Below are positions 1 to 11,800 of a stretch of 64,000 nucleotides of DNA, piece by piece (the first letter of the stretch is position 1; each line of letters starts with the position of its first letter). Origin of the DNA: a virus; the IMG/VR virus record IMGVR_UViG_3300004369_000012, positions 5,164-69,163 of that record; one strand, given 5' to 3'. The translations under genes were made by a program, and so were the position numbers. Below the pieces are notes generated by a model, which searched no databases, was not told the DNA's origin, and saw nothing but the letters and a program-made list of their open reading frames with translations.

Positions 1-543
1 GCAGCAATTGCTCAAAATGCTGCTTATGAACTATGTTTTGACAATGAATTCTACAGGCAGAAACCAAGACATAACATTAAGTCTTCTGGTTTCACGATTG
101 CTGAGTTCCCCAACGATACTGTTTATATTAGTGATTCTATCGTTCCTAACAATATTAGTGCGACACTAACTACGCAAGGTGCTCTTGCGGCATCTGCCCC
201 CGTTCAGCAAGGTGTAAAAACTGGAGCATTGTTCCTATTTAAAATTCTGAATGGTGAAATGGTGATCATGATTAACAATATTGGTTCCGTTAATTATGAA
301 AAAGGTGAGATCCTTTTGAACACGTTAAATATAATCAGCACCGCTAAACCAAACAACGTCATTGAAGTTGAAGCAGTTCCACTTTCTAATGATGTTGTTG
401 CCAGAAAAGAATTGTATCTTCAACTGGATATTGCAAATAGCAACATCTATATGAGAAAAGATTTGATTGCATCTGGTGCAAATGTATCTGGCACTACTTT
501 TGAGTCCCAATCCAGTTATTCTAACGGAACGATAGTAAGATAA
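1..543 (+). CDS. g6: Baseplate wedge subunit gp6, C-terminal part (5' end outside window)
   Basis: The frame of the 229..543 ORF is open from base 1. GSVNYEKGEI and SNDVVARKELYLQLD resemble cyanophage gp6 C-termini; directly upstream of gp7. Confidence 0.8.
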   Translation, partial: AAIAQNAAYELCFDNEFYRQKPRHNIKSSGFTIAEFPNDTVYISDSIVPNNISATLTTQGALAASAPVQQGVKTGALFLFKILNGEMVIMINNIGSVNYEKGEILLNTLNIISTAKPNNVIEVEAVPLSNDVVARKELYLQLDIANSNIYMRKDLIASGANVSGTTFESQSSYSNGTIVR

Positions 544-546
544 GAG

Positions 547-3500
547 ATGATCGACACCTCCATCAACAGAGTTCAAGTCAATGAAGTAATTGATAATCAG
601 ATTCCTGATTTTATCGTAAACGATAATCCTGAATTTGTCGATTTCATGCGTCAATATTACATCTCTCAGGAATTCCAGGGGGGTGTAATTGATATTGCCG
701 AGAGTCTGCAGGATTACAAAAATCTAGACTTTCTAAACAATGTCAATTTAACAAAATCTACAAATCTTTCATCATCTGACTTGGGACAGTTTGATGATGT
801 AGTGTATGTTGACTCTACTGATGGTTGGCCTCAGAAATATGGTCTACTGAAGATTGGTGACGAGATTATTACGTACACGGGGATTACTACAAACTCGTTT
901 ACTGGATGTGTCCGTGGTTTTAGTGGTATTTCTAACTACCACAAGACTAACGATCCCCAATCTCTAGTATTTTCTGAAACTTCAGCATCTTTTCACGCTG
1001 GATTAAGCACTGTAACTAATCTAAGCAGTCTTTTCCTGCAAGAGTTTTTTAAAAAGACTAAAGAACTCTTTTCTCCTGGGTTTGAAGACAGAGATTTTAA
1101 TGAGAATGTTAGCAGATCTAACTTTATTCGTCAAGTAAAGGACTTTTATCGCACAAAAGGTACAGAAGAAGCGTTCAGAATCCTTTTCCGCGTACTCTAC
1201 AACGAAGATGCGTCTATAATTAGACCACAGGATTTTCTTTTTAGACCATCTGAAGCAAAATGGGATAAGAAGACCGTTCTTATCGCAAGATCTGACAATG
1301 ATGCAGGTATCACAACGGCAACTCTGATCGGTAAGTCCATTACACAGAGTTCTACAGGCGCATCTTGCCCAATTTCTGCACTTGACTCTGTTAGAATTCC
1401 TAATGGACCAATTTATTATAAGATCTTTACAAATGAAGAGAATATTGAAGGGATCTTTGTTCAGAACGGCATAACAAGGGTTACTAGTCCTGTTGCAGTT
1501 GGTGCAACTGTCATCACAGTTGATTCTACTGTTGGTTTTAGTACTTCTGGATCAATTCTACTCAATACTGAAGAAGTAACTTATACCTCAAAGAGTTATA
1601 ACCAGTTTTTCGGGTGTTCTGGAATTACAACAACATCTGATGCAACTGCGGAAATATTTTCCTTTGACAGTCTGACTGTTGATGATGGTGTAAGTGTTCA
1701 AAAGTTTAGATTGACTGGTGTTCTTGACCAGTTCTATTCTGATGCGGATGCTCAGAAGAAAGGAGATACATTTGGAGTTAAGGGGTTTGGTTCTAACGAA
1801 AAAGGATTACATTTCACTTCTTGGCTTGAAAATATCCCCACTAGAAGTAATGTAGATAGAGTTGTAAGTCTTGGATCGAATCAATATCGACTGGAGTGTA
1901 GTTCTGATCACTTCTTGATGATTGGAGATAAGATTCTTGTTATTGATAGCAGTACAGGCGCAGAACTTGAATTTACTGTTTCTGGTAATGGTGGTCCCGC
2001 AACTACTACTGTTATTGGCGGTTCTGTACTAGACGCTACTGGTGTTACCAAGTATTACATCAGAACAAAGATTAAGTTTGCATTCAGTAGTGCAAACGGT
2101 TATTTGAATCAATACACTACTAATATCCAAAACATTTACAACACAAAAAATGATGTATATGTCGCCACTACAGGTCTACCAAGTTATGATATCACAGTAA
2201 CAAAGAGAGTAAGAACTTTCAATAACTCTGGTGTGACTGGAATTAGTGCCCAGATTTCTTTGACTAACCACGGGTTCTTTGATGGTGATGAAGTTGTTTA
2301 TTCGCCATCTGATGCAACAAAAGGTGCTGCTGGTCTTGAAACGGGTAGATCTTATGTTGTAAAGAAGGTTAATGGTGATAACCTGTATCTTACCATTTCC
2401 CCATCTGCGGCACGAAAGGGTCAGTATGTTAATGTTTATGGTGAAGTAGACGCTTCATCTTTAGGGGCAAGAAATTATAAGTTGACTCCTAAGGAATTCT
2501 ACGGTAAGGGTATTCAACCACAACATCAAATTAAGAGTTTCCCCAAAAAACAAACATTTGGATCTGAAAGACAAGAGTTCATTCAGGGCGATAGTGTTGG
2601 TCTGTTTTTGAACGGTATCGAAATTTCTACGCCAAAATCTGATAACAAAGTCTACTACGGACCAATCACAAAAGTCAATGTACTGAATGGTGGATCTGAT
2701 TATGGCATCCACGATAGACCTAGACTTTCTGTAACCCAAACTGGTCATACTGGTCTTGGTGCATCCATCATCCCACACGTCCTTGGAAGCATCTCTGGAC
2801 TGCGTGTTTTAACTCCAGGTGTAGATTATCTAGAAGTGCCCAAACTAACGCTTCAGGGCGGCAATGGTAAGGGTTTCATTGGCGATGTACGAATGAAGTC
2901 CGTACATAAAAAAATCACCTTTGACTCTACTTCCACTGGTGGTGTTGTTAATACTGCTACAGATACATTTACCTTCCTCGAAACCCACGAGTTCAAGAAT
3001 TACGAGAAAATCGTATATAATTCTCTGGGCAATAAACAGATCGGTATTGGTACTGCTGAGCAGTTAGTTAGTGGTGCTACTTATTACGTCATTAAAGAGA
3101 ACGACTACAGTATCAAACTTGCGGCATCTTTGGCAGATGCTCAATTGGGTACTAACTTTATTGGCATCACAACAAACGGTATTGGTGACCATACTTTTGA
3201 AACAGTTGCTACTAGAAATGTAGTTGACAGCATCGTTGTTGTGAATGGTGGTTCTGGATATGCAAACCACGAAGTTACCTTTGGACCAGTAGGCGTTAAT
3301 ACTTTTACTAATACAATTAAAATCCAAGATCACGGATATCAAAATAGTGATATCGTAAACTATACTTCTAAGGGTGCTGCTATTAGTGGTCTATCCACTA
3401 CCGTTGATTATTATATTAAAATAGTAGATAAAGATAACCTCAGGTTGTCAATTTCGACAGATCTTTCTACAACCGTAGATCTAGTATCCGTTGGTGTTGG

Positions 3501-6500
3501 TACTCATCACCTCTATCACCCACCAATTGTTGCGACACTTAAGGGTAGACAGGGTATTACAACCGCCAATGCAACTGTAGAAGTTTTGGCATCTGGTAAG
3601 ATTGTTGGAACTCATGTTGTATATGGTCAGGAAGGATCTGGTTGGGGTTCTCTAATTATTGATGACTATTATAGACCAGAAGTGAATGTTGTGACTGGTG
3701 AGAATGCCGTTCTCAGACCAGTGATCAATAATGGACGCATCACTAGTGTTAACGTTGCTAATGGCGGTAAAAATTACTTCTCTACAACCGTTATTACAGT
3801 TACTGGTATCGGTACTGGAGCAGAGATCGTTCCCACCATTGAGAATGGCGTTATAACCGCCGCTACGGTCGCTAAAACGGGTATTGGGTACTCTACCCTT
3901 GGAACTGCACTTAGCGCCTCTGTGAGGGGTTCTGGGGCGGTTTTCTTGACTGATTTGGAAGAGTGGAGTATCAACCCCGTCAGCAAGAATTATGATTATA
4001 CTTCTACCGATGATCTTTTCCCAGTTGGCGAAAGAGTAGATGGTAAAGAACTGCCTGTTGTTTCTTATTATGCACCTAGAAAACTTAGAGAGTCTGTATC
4101 AGATCTTTCTAGAGATGCGAATGGAGATGAAATCACTGATACCACGCACTCAAAAATTATTGGTTGGACGTATGATGGATCTCCAATCTATGGTCCTAGA
4201 GGATTTGCAAATCCCAATGGTACTGGTGGTGTAAAATACCTAGAGTCTAGTTATAGTAAGATTACTGGCAGTAGAAATGGTGGTCCTCCAACGGCAACCT
4301 TCAAAGCGGGTATGTTTATAGAGGATTTTACTTATATTCCTGGAAGTGGCGACCTTGATCAGTACAATGGTAGATTCTGTGTTACACCAGAATATCCTAA
4401 TGGAGTCTATGCATATTTTGCTTTGGTAGAATCTGCGATCGATTCTGATACTAATGATCCATTCTACAGATCTAGAAAACCCGTTTATCCCTATGTTGTC
4501 GGTCCTTCTCTGAACTACTATGCTAATCCAGATAACTTTGTAGATAGATTAGACCAGCATGATGATGTGAGTAAACTTGAACTTACCAAAAATACTTATC
4601 GTTATAAGTTATCTGAGAATGGTTATGAGTTCTTGGAGCAGGTTAATCCCTCAACTAAAGTTGCAAAAATTACTGGATTAACCAAAGGCATCATTAACGA
4701 CGTTGCGATTCTGCAACCTGGTATCGAATATAATGTTGGTGATAAATTAACTTTCACTGGTGGAGAAAGTGGATTTGGCGCAATCGCTGTTGTTGAAAGT
4801 GTTGTTGGTAATCAAATTAGTACGATTACTTCTACATTAACTAATCTAGAGAACATTGTCTTCTCTTCTGATCGCGATACCGTCACTGGTATTCACACTT
4901 CCGCACCTCATGGGTTAAAGAACGCGGAATATGTCAAAATTAGTGGTATCTCTTCCGCTACTTATAGTGGGTATGAGGGAATCTTCCGCGTAAAAGTCGG
5001 TCTAACCACATCTGGTTTGACTACTTCTATGCAGAGTGTACTCAATGTTGATGAGATTACGATCTCCGACTCTCTCAATATTTTTGATATTGACGACATC
5101 ATTCGCATCGACCATGAAGATATGCGTGTTGTCAACAAGGATATTGACAACAACATTCTGAGAGTAGAGCGTGCAGTAAATGGAACTTCTAAGGCAACAC
5201 ATGCCACAGGTTCTGTAATTACTAGACAAGAGAAAAAGTTCACTTACAGCAAGAAAAATCTACCTGGAACTACTCCTCCCACAGATAGTATTGTTTTCTT
5301 TGACCCCTCTCAAAGTGTTGGTCTAGGACTATCTTATGGAGTTGGTATCGGTTCCACCGTGTCCTATATGGGTAATGGGGGTATTGCAACCGCATTTATT
5401 CCTACCAGAACCATTAGACTTCCTGACCATAGTTTTGCACACGGTGAATACGTTGGTTATAGCGCAAATGGCGGAGATAAGATTGTTATTTCTTATGACG
5501 GTAGTACTACTACTAATATGCCAGATGATTTGTACATCGTTAAAGTCGGCAGTGATCTTGTTGGTCTAGTAACTACTAAAGCAGGCATTAACTCTGTAAC
5601 AGACCGTCTGTTCTTCTCCACAGTTGGTGTTGGCAGCACACACTTCTTTAGATCGAGAAGGGATGTTGTAACTGGTAACCTAAGAAAAGTTGATGTTGAA
5701 GTTACTACCGTTGGTAATCACGGACTTCAATTAAATGATCAAGTCAAGATGAATGTTGTTTCTTCGGCAACTAGTGCCGTCTATACAACATATTCTACCG
5801 ATTCGAGAAAGGTAAGTATTGGGTCCAGCATTAACCCACCACTGTTTGTCACTAGAGGAGATAATTTAGAGTTCATTAGTACTAGCACTACTATGAGTAA
5901 TTTGCATGTCAAATTCTATCGAGACAACAAATTCACCAAACAGTTTGTTGGTAGTGGTTCTACAACGATAGAAGTAAAGCGGAATAGTTCTGGAATTACA
6001 ACAATCACCTTCTCTAAAGGTGTTCCTGATGAACTTTACTATAGATTTGAAAGTGATATTAGTAATAAAGTTGTTAACGTAGACACTAATATTGTAGATT
6101 TCAATAAAATCATTGTAAGGGATAGTAAGTTTTCTGGTAAGGTGGCAATTACCACGATTACAGACACTACTTTCGGTTATAATATTTTTGATCTACCCGA
6201 AAGAGTTGGATACAGTTCCGATCCAGTTCTAAGAACTTATGACTCGCTCTCTAAGGTCACTAGAGGACCCATCAGCAGCATTCAAATTAAAGACGGTGGT
6301 AGGAACTATACGGTCCTTCCAACGGTCTCTGTCGCCTCTACAACGGGCACTGGCGCATCTCTGAAGGCAATCAGTCTGAAAGCAGAGCATATTGAGTCTG
6401 CGGATATCTTCAAATATGGTATTAACTACCCCTCCGATCCCACACTGAGACCATATGCAAATCTACCTCAGATTGTAACTCTATCCGATAGTTATTATGT

Positions 6501-8823
6501 TTCTTCGGTTGGTGTTGTTACAACTGGTGGTAAGTATTTGTCTGCCCCAGATTTGATCGTATTTAATGATATTACCAAAACAAAGAATACCTCTGCGTCG
6601 CTAAAAGCGAATATGAGAAGTTCTTCGGTAAATTCAGTGACTGTCGTTGATGGTGGAAACAACTTCAGTTTTGCAGGAAACAGAATTATCCCCGTTAATA
6701 ATACCAATGGTGTTGGTATTATCACTGGTACATACTCTTCTGGTAGTTTGATTCTTACTCTAGAGACCCCTCTATCAGGATTCACTACGGACAATCCACT
6801 ACCATTTGCAGTTGGCGATCAAGTCTTTGTTGAAAATGCAGTAATTAATGCTGGTAGTGGCGATGGATATAACTCTGAAGATTATGACTTTACATACTTT
6901 ACACTAACTGGCGTTAATACTAATTTCAGTAAGAGAAATCAAGCGACTATTACATATGATGCTCCTTCCAATCCAGGAATTCTCACTTCCGTAAGTCAAA
7001 CCGCTACGGTATCAAACGTTAAGAATCTACCAACATTTACATTAAATTTGAAAGAGGCATCTTTCATCCCAGGTGAGACTGTAACTAATGGTACTGTCGA
7101 GCATAAAGTTTCAGACTCTGATTCTAACTATGTCAGAGACATTGGTCTTGAGTCTATTTCTGGTCTAAGTACTGGCAATTACCTTTATGGTAAAGAGTCT
7201 AATTCCAAAGGAATTATCTCCAAGATTAATAGTAGTGAAGGTTATTTCAGCGTCAGTGCTACCAAACTAACTGCAAATGACTGGCTCACAAACACAGGTA
7301 AAACTAATGAGTTCTTTGAGCGTGTTGCTGATAATGATTACTATCAGAACTTCTCTTACTCTGTCAAGAGTAGGGTAGGTATTGCAAGTTGGGGTGAACC
7401 TGTTGATTCTCTAGCACATACTACTGGTTTTGAGAAGTTTGGTGATATGCTCATCGCTTCAGATAGTCTTGGCATTTCCAGTGCCATGACTCCCAATGCC
7501 CTGAGTACATCTAGAACTGTTATTATCACAACTAATGAGGCAAGAGTATTTGCGGAAAATCATTATGATCTAGTAAGTGAAAACTTGAAAAATAATGGAA
7601 CCGCATCTGATGAAATCACATTCAATTCTACGAGATTTGGTGATAGCATTAAAATTATTGGTAGTAGAGCGTATTCTTTTGATGACATATCTCCAGAATT
7701 TTTCAGTGATACGCTGAGATATCCTGATGCATTTATTGAACTTGATAGAATTAATACTGTCGGTGTTCCAACCAATCGCTCTGTTAAATATCATCTCTCT
7801 ATCGCCATCTCTGGTACTGCTGGCGTTAGCACTTACAATAGTAAGTATGGTGAACTGATGGTTACATTTGATAGAGATGATGTAATGAGTACTTCATATT
7901 CTGATCTTATTGAAGATCTTGATATTGGCGATTTTGAAGTTATTCAAGAGTCTAACTATTATAGTGTTAGATTTATTCCTAATAATCCTTTCTATGATTA
8001 TTTCATCAACGATTATAGAGAAACGATTGACGGTATTGTTGGAGTGGGGTCTACATCATACGGTAACACCACAAAGATTGGTATTACATCCGAAATCGCA
8101 TCTGCAGATCCATCTACATCTCATGTATTTGGCAGGTTTAGTACGGCAGATTACAGAAGCGGCACCTCAGTATTTGCGGGTGTTTCTACAAATGGGATTA
8201 CTCAAGTCAAGGAAGTTACCTTCCTAGGTGTTGGTGAAACTGCTTTCCAATCCGTTTACTCTGATATTAATAGTGGTTCTTTGGGCACATGCTTCATTGA
8301 TATGAGTGGTACTACGGAGATTCTACCAACCTTTATTCCACAGGCAGGATTGGGCGTAACAATGTCCGTTTTCACAACTGCTGTTGGAGTTGGGACTACG
8401 GTTCCTTCTGCTGGTATTAGTAGTCTTCCAGTTGGCGATGTGGATCTAATCACTGATAGAGTTAATATTCCATCTAGTGGTAGTCCTGGCATTACATCCA
8501 TTACAGCAATGCCATCAAGTCATTATAAAGCAACTAAGAGTCATGTTGAGGTTGAAAACGTAACTGATAATCAGTATTCAGTGTTTATTGTTACAACTGC
8601 TGCAAATGATCATGGCGTGAGCGTCAATAAATATAATTCAGTTACTACTGACGCATCTGAACCCAAGCGTGACATGGATAATACTACTGTTGCGTACACC
8701 GCTGATGAGAATGTTATCCTCCAGTTCCTGCCCAAGGCAAATAAAGAGTATGTGGTAAGGGTAAGCAGTATTCGTATTAATAACCCAGATGATGCTGCCT
8801 CAAATGCGGTCGTCGAACTGTAA
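547..8823 (+). CDS. g7: Giant baseplate wedge initiator gp7-like protein (2758 aa) with internal YHYH-like domain
   Basis: N-terminal QIPDFI..NPEFVDFMRQYY, KDFYRTKGTEEAFRILFRVLY and YYQNFSYSVKS motifs; internal IIGWTYDGSPIYGP...DLDQYNGRFCVTPEYPNGVYAYF; lies between g6 and g8. Confidence 0.8.
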   Translation: MIDTSINRVQVNEVIDNQIPDFIVNDNPEFVDFMRQYYISQEFQGGVIDIAESLQDYKNLDFLNNVNLTKSTNLSSSDLGQFDDVVYVDSTDGWPQKYGLLKIGDEIITYTGITTNSFTGCVRGFSGISNYHKTNDPQSLVFSETSASFHAGLSTVTNLSSLFLQEFFKKTKELFSPGFEDRDFNENVSRSNFIRQVKDFYRTKGTEEAFRILFRVLYNEDASIIRPQDFLFRPSEAKWDKKTVLIARSDNDAGITTATLIGKSITQSSTGASCPISALDSVRIPNGPIYYKIFTNEENIEGIFVQNGITRVTSPVAVGATVITVDSTVGFSTSGSILLNTEEVTYTSKSYNQFFGCSGITTTSDATAEIFSFDSLTVDDGVSVQKFRLTGVLDQFYSDADAQKKGDTFGVKGFGSNEKGLHFTSWLENIPTRSNVDRVVSLGSNQYRLECSSDHFLMIGDKILVIDSSTGAELEFTVSGNGGPATTTVIGGSVLDATGVTKYYIRTKIKFAFSSANGYLNQYTTNIQNIYNTKNDVYVATTGLPSYDITVTKRVRTFNNSGVTGISAQISLTNHGFFDGDEVVYSPSDATKGAAGLETGRSYVVKKVNGDNLYLTISPSAARKGQYVNVYGEVDASSLGARNYKLTPKEFYGKGIQPQHQIKSFPKKQTFGSERQEFIQGDSVGLFLNGIEISTPKSDNKVYYGPITKVNVLNGGSDYGIHDRPRLSVTQTGHTGLGASIIPHVLGSISGLRVLTPGVDYLEVPKLTLQGGNGKGFIGDVRMKSVHKKITFDSTSTGGVVNTATDTFTFLETHEFKNYEKIVYNSLGNKQIGIGTAEQLVSGATYYVIKENDYSIKLAASLADAQLGTNFIGITTNGIGDHTFETVATRNVVDSIVVVNGGSGYANHEVTFGPVGVNTFTNTIKIQDHGYQNSDIVNYTSKGAAISGLSTTVDYYIKIVDKDNLRLSISTDLSTTVDLVSVGVGTHHLYHPPIVATLKGRQGITTANATVEVLASGKIVGTHVVYGQEGSGWGSLIIDDYYRPEVNVVTGENAVLRPVINNGRITSVNVANGGKNYFSTTVITVTGIGTGAEIVPTIENGVITAATVAKTGIGYSTLGTALSASVRGSGAVFLTDLEEWSINPVSKNYDYTSTDDLFPVGERVDGKELPVVSYYAPRKLRESVSDLSRDANGDEITDTTHSKIIGWTYDGSPIYGPRGFANPNGTGGVKYLESSYSKITGSRNGGPPTATFKAGMFIEDFTYIPGSGDLDQYNGRFCVTPEYPNGVYAYFALVESAIDSDTNDPFYRSRKPVYPYVVGPSLNYYANPDNFVDRLDQHDDVSKLELTKNTYRYKLSENGYEFLEQVNPSTKVAKITGLTKGIINDVAILQPGIEYNVGDKLTFTGGESGFGAIAVVESVVGNQISTITSTLTNLENIVFSSDRDTVTGIHTSAPHGLKNAEYVKISGISSATYSGYEGIFRVKVGLTTSGLTTSMQSVLNVDEITISDSLNIFDIDDIIRIDHEDMRVVNKDIDNNILRVERAVNGTSKATHATGSVITRQEKKFTYSKKNLPGTTPPTDSIVFFDPSQSVGLGLSYGVGIGSTVSYMGNGGIATAFIPTRTIRLPDHSFAHGEYVGYSANGGDKIVISYDGSTTTNMPDDLYIVKVGSDLVGLVTTKAGINSVTDRLFFSTVGVGSTHFFRSRRDVVTGNLRKVDVEVTTVGNHGLQLNDQVKMNVVSSATSAVYTTYSTDSRKVSIGSSINPPLFVTRGDNLEFISTSTTMSNLHVKFYRDNKFTKQFVGSGSTTIEVKRNSSGITTITFSKGVPDELYYRFESDISNKVVNVDTNIVDFNKIIVRDSKFSGKVAITTITDTTFGYNIFDLPERVGYSSDPVLRTYDSLSKVTRGPISSIQIKDGGRNYTVLPTVSVASTTGTGASLKAISLKAEHIESADIFKYGINYPSDPTLRPYANLPQIVTLSDSYYVSSVGVVTTGGKYLSAPDLIVFNDITKTKNTSASLKANMRSSSVNSVTVVDGGNNFSFAGNRIIPVNNTNGVGIITGTYSSGSLILTLETPLSGFTTDNPLPFAVGDQVFVENAVINAGSGDGYNSEDYDFTYFTLTGVNTNFSKRNQATITYDAPSNPGILTSVSQTATVSNVKNLPTFTLNLKEASFIPGETVTNGTVEHKVSDSDSNYVRDIGLESISGLSTGNYLYGKESNSKGIISKINSSEGYFSVSATKLTANDWLTNTGKTNEFFERVADNDYYQNFSYSVKSRVGIASWGEPVDSLAHTTGFEKFGDMLIASDSLGISSAMTPNALSTSRTVIITTNEARVFAENHYDLVSENLKNNGTASDEITFNSTRFGDSIKIIGSRAYSFDDISPEFFSDTLRYPDAFIELDRINTVGVPTNRSVKYHLSIAISGTAGVSTYNSKYGELMVTFDRDDVMSTSYSDLIEDLDIGDFEVIQESNYYSVRFIPNNPFYDYFINDYRETIDGIVGVGSTSYGNTTKIGITSEIASADPSTSHVFGRFSTADYRSGTSVFAGVSTNGITQVKEVTFLGVGETAFQSVYSDINSGSLGTCFIDMSGTTEILPTFIPQAGLGVTMSVFTTAVGVGTTVPSAGISSLPVGDVDLITDRVNIPSSGSPGITSITAMPSSHYKATKSHVEVENVTDNQYSVFIVTTAANDHGVSVNKYNSVTTDASEPKRDMDNTTVAYTADENVILQFLPKANKEYVVRVSSIRINNPDDAASNAVVEL

Positions 8824-8825
8824 CC

Positions 8826-8831
8826 TAAATA
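8826..8831 (+). promoter_or_regulatory. T4-like late promoter (TAAATA)
   Basis: CTAAATA in the short intergenic gap before the ATG at 8845. Confidence 0.65.
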
Positions 8832-8844
8832 TCTAGAAACTATA

Positions 8845-11800
8845 ATGGCGGGATTTGAACTAAGATCTACCAACAAGAAGTTCAATGCTCTTGGAGACAA
8901 TGTAAATTACTCTTTCAAACTGAAGCATGAGGGATTTCCCGTGTTCAGGAAAGAGTTTGATGCATCAAATTCTGATGTGGTAGATGTTACTGAGAATACC
9001 ATTAAAATCCCCCAGCATTACATGGTTACTGGTGAGGAACTCATTTATAGTGCTAACTTGCCCACATCAGGTAATGAGATCCGCATCGATAGTAGCAGCC
9101 CTGGTGTTGGTGGCACAGATTTTTTGCCATCATCAGTTTTTGCAATCAAGGTAGCAGAAAATAAGATCAGAGTTGCTGCTGGTAGAACCTATGCTTTGAA
9201 TGATGATTACATTACATTTACTAGTGTCGGAATTGGTACAACACACACATTAAAATCGATCAAGGAAAATACTAGATCTATTATTTCTCTTGATGGTGTT
9301 GTTCAATCACCCATTACTGATAGCGCACATACTACTACTGCTTATTATATTTCAAATACTGAAGTTGATCTTGATGATGTTAGTAATATAAAACCTAATG
9401 GTCTAATCCGCATTGGTGATGAAATTCTGCGTGTTAGAACTATTGGGTATGCAAACTCTGAAAATAAACTACTCGTTGATCGTGCTTGGGTAAACACTAC
9501 AAGATTAAATCACTCCGTACCAATTACAGCAACTCTTCTCAACGGCAACTACAATATTGATGGCGATGTATTGACATTCTCTGACTTGCCTGTCGGATGG
9601 CAAGGTGCTCAAATCGGTATTAAATCAGATTTCTTTGATGCCGCTACGAGTAGTTTTACATTCAAGAATGATGCTTTCCAGCAAGGAACTGGTGTAAAAC
9701 TACTTTCTGGTTTTCCTCCACAACCACTAGAGAATAATACAGATTATTTCCTTATCAGAAACTATCAAAATAACTTTGGTTTTACTACAGATAGGGGTGA
9801 CGCCTTAGCGGGTATCAATACAATTCAACTTGCCAACGTTGGTGTTGGTACACACGTTTTAATTGTTGATGGTGAGTTCCCCTCAGAAAGTAAGTTTAAC
9901 GGGCGCTTCTTCATTAGATCTGATTACACAACAAATCTACTGATCGACGATATTTCTGGTCAATTTACTGGTGCTGCTACCACTTTCAGTATTAAGAGTA
10001 ACGGTATTAACACCGTTGGTATGGCAACTGATAATGGAATTATTTTGATCAATAATATCTTCCAAAGACCTACTATTGATTATGATTTTGATGAGGTTGG
10101 AGCAGCAACTTCGATTACCTTTACTGGCGCTAAAAACTTAGCAGGAACTTACATCACTAGTCATTACGAAGTAAATCAAAACGCCGTTCCCAGAAGAGGT
10201 ATTATTGTATCTGTTGCATCTACTCCTGGCACAGGATATCAACCTCAATATGCGGGTGTTGGCACTGCGATTGTATCTGGATTGGGTACGGTAGCAAGTG
10301 TATCCATTGCTTATACGGGATCTGGATATAGAGATAATACATATCAGATTCAATTTAACTCTAAATCTGGTTTAGGAACTGGAGCAGAGGGAACATTTAC
10401 AGTTGTTGATGGATACATTGATGCAAGTTCTGTAATTATTACCAGTCCTGGTACAGGATATACTTGGGCGAATGGTAAAGAACCAGAACCTGTCTTCCAA
10501 TTCCCACTTCCTTACGATGATATGTCTCTGGAAGGAAGTTTGACTGGTATTGGTGCTTCTGTTGTTGCTACCGTTGGCATCGGATCTAGTGTCAATGACT
10601 TTAAACTCGGCAATCTGGGTTATAACTATCGAGTCGGTGATGAATTGACTATTGTTGGTATGAAGACCGATAGTAACGCTGGCGCTGATTTCATTCCCTT
10701 TAAATTAACAGTTACTGACGTACAGGATGATACTTTTACAGGTTGGACTCCTGGTAAGTTGAAGTTGTTGGATGATTTGTCCAGTGAATTTGATGGTGGA
10801 TCTAGAATCTTTACACTTAAGGAGACTACGGCGGGAGTTCAGAGAGTTTATAATATTGAAAAAGAACCAGGTTCTTCTGTTGAATTAGATTCTCATTTGG
10901 TCATTTTCCTGAATGATGTTTTGCAGGAACCTGGTGTTTCGTATGAGTTCAATGGTGGTAATGAATTAATCTTCAGTGAGGCACCCGTAGAAGGGTCTGA
11001 GATGCAGATCTTTGTTTATATTGGTACTGATGCCGACGTTGAAGAAAGAACAGAACCACAGACCATTAAACCTGGCGATACGGTAGTAATTGAAAAGTCC
11101 ACTGATAAGACTCTTCCCGTAACGCAGGATGAGAGATATATCAGCGGCATTGAAGATACGGTTACCTTAAATACACCTCTGTATGCTGGTGTTGGCATCT
11201 CATCGGTAACTAATCCACTGAGACCTATTAACTGGTACAAACAGCAAAATGATGCTATCGTTGGCGGTGAAATTATCAGTAAGGCGAGAGATATTTACAA
11301 GGCCAGAATTAATCCAACTACCAGAATTATTCAGACTGTTGGCACAACAACAAGTCATCTATATGCACAAAATGCCGATCTTCTATTTGAAAAAGTAGAA
11401 CAACCAGATATATCTGAGTTTGATATTAAAATTATTGATAGTGAATTTGTAACACGTCAGGCGGCGATTGGTACTGCAACAATTTCTGGGTTCGGTACAG
11501 TTGCAAGTATCACACTGTCTAATCCTGGTGCAGGTTTCTGGAAAGCGCCTACGGTTGTCATTGCAGGACCAGGTATTGGTACAACTGCCATTGTTACTGC
11601 TGGTGTTTCTGCAGCAGGCACAGTCACTGATTTTGTATTTACTAATCCTGGTGCAGGTTATACTTTCTCCGATGCTCCTGTTGTGTTTATTGACGCACCA
11701 CCAGCAAGAATTGAAACTAGAAGGGGTGTTGCTGTATCTGGTGATTTTGGTATTATCACTGGTGTTGGCACTACCGCAACGGGTCTACAATTAGATTTCT

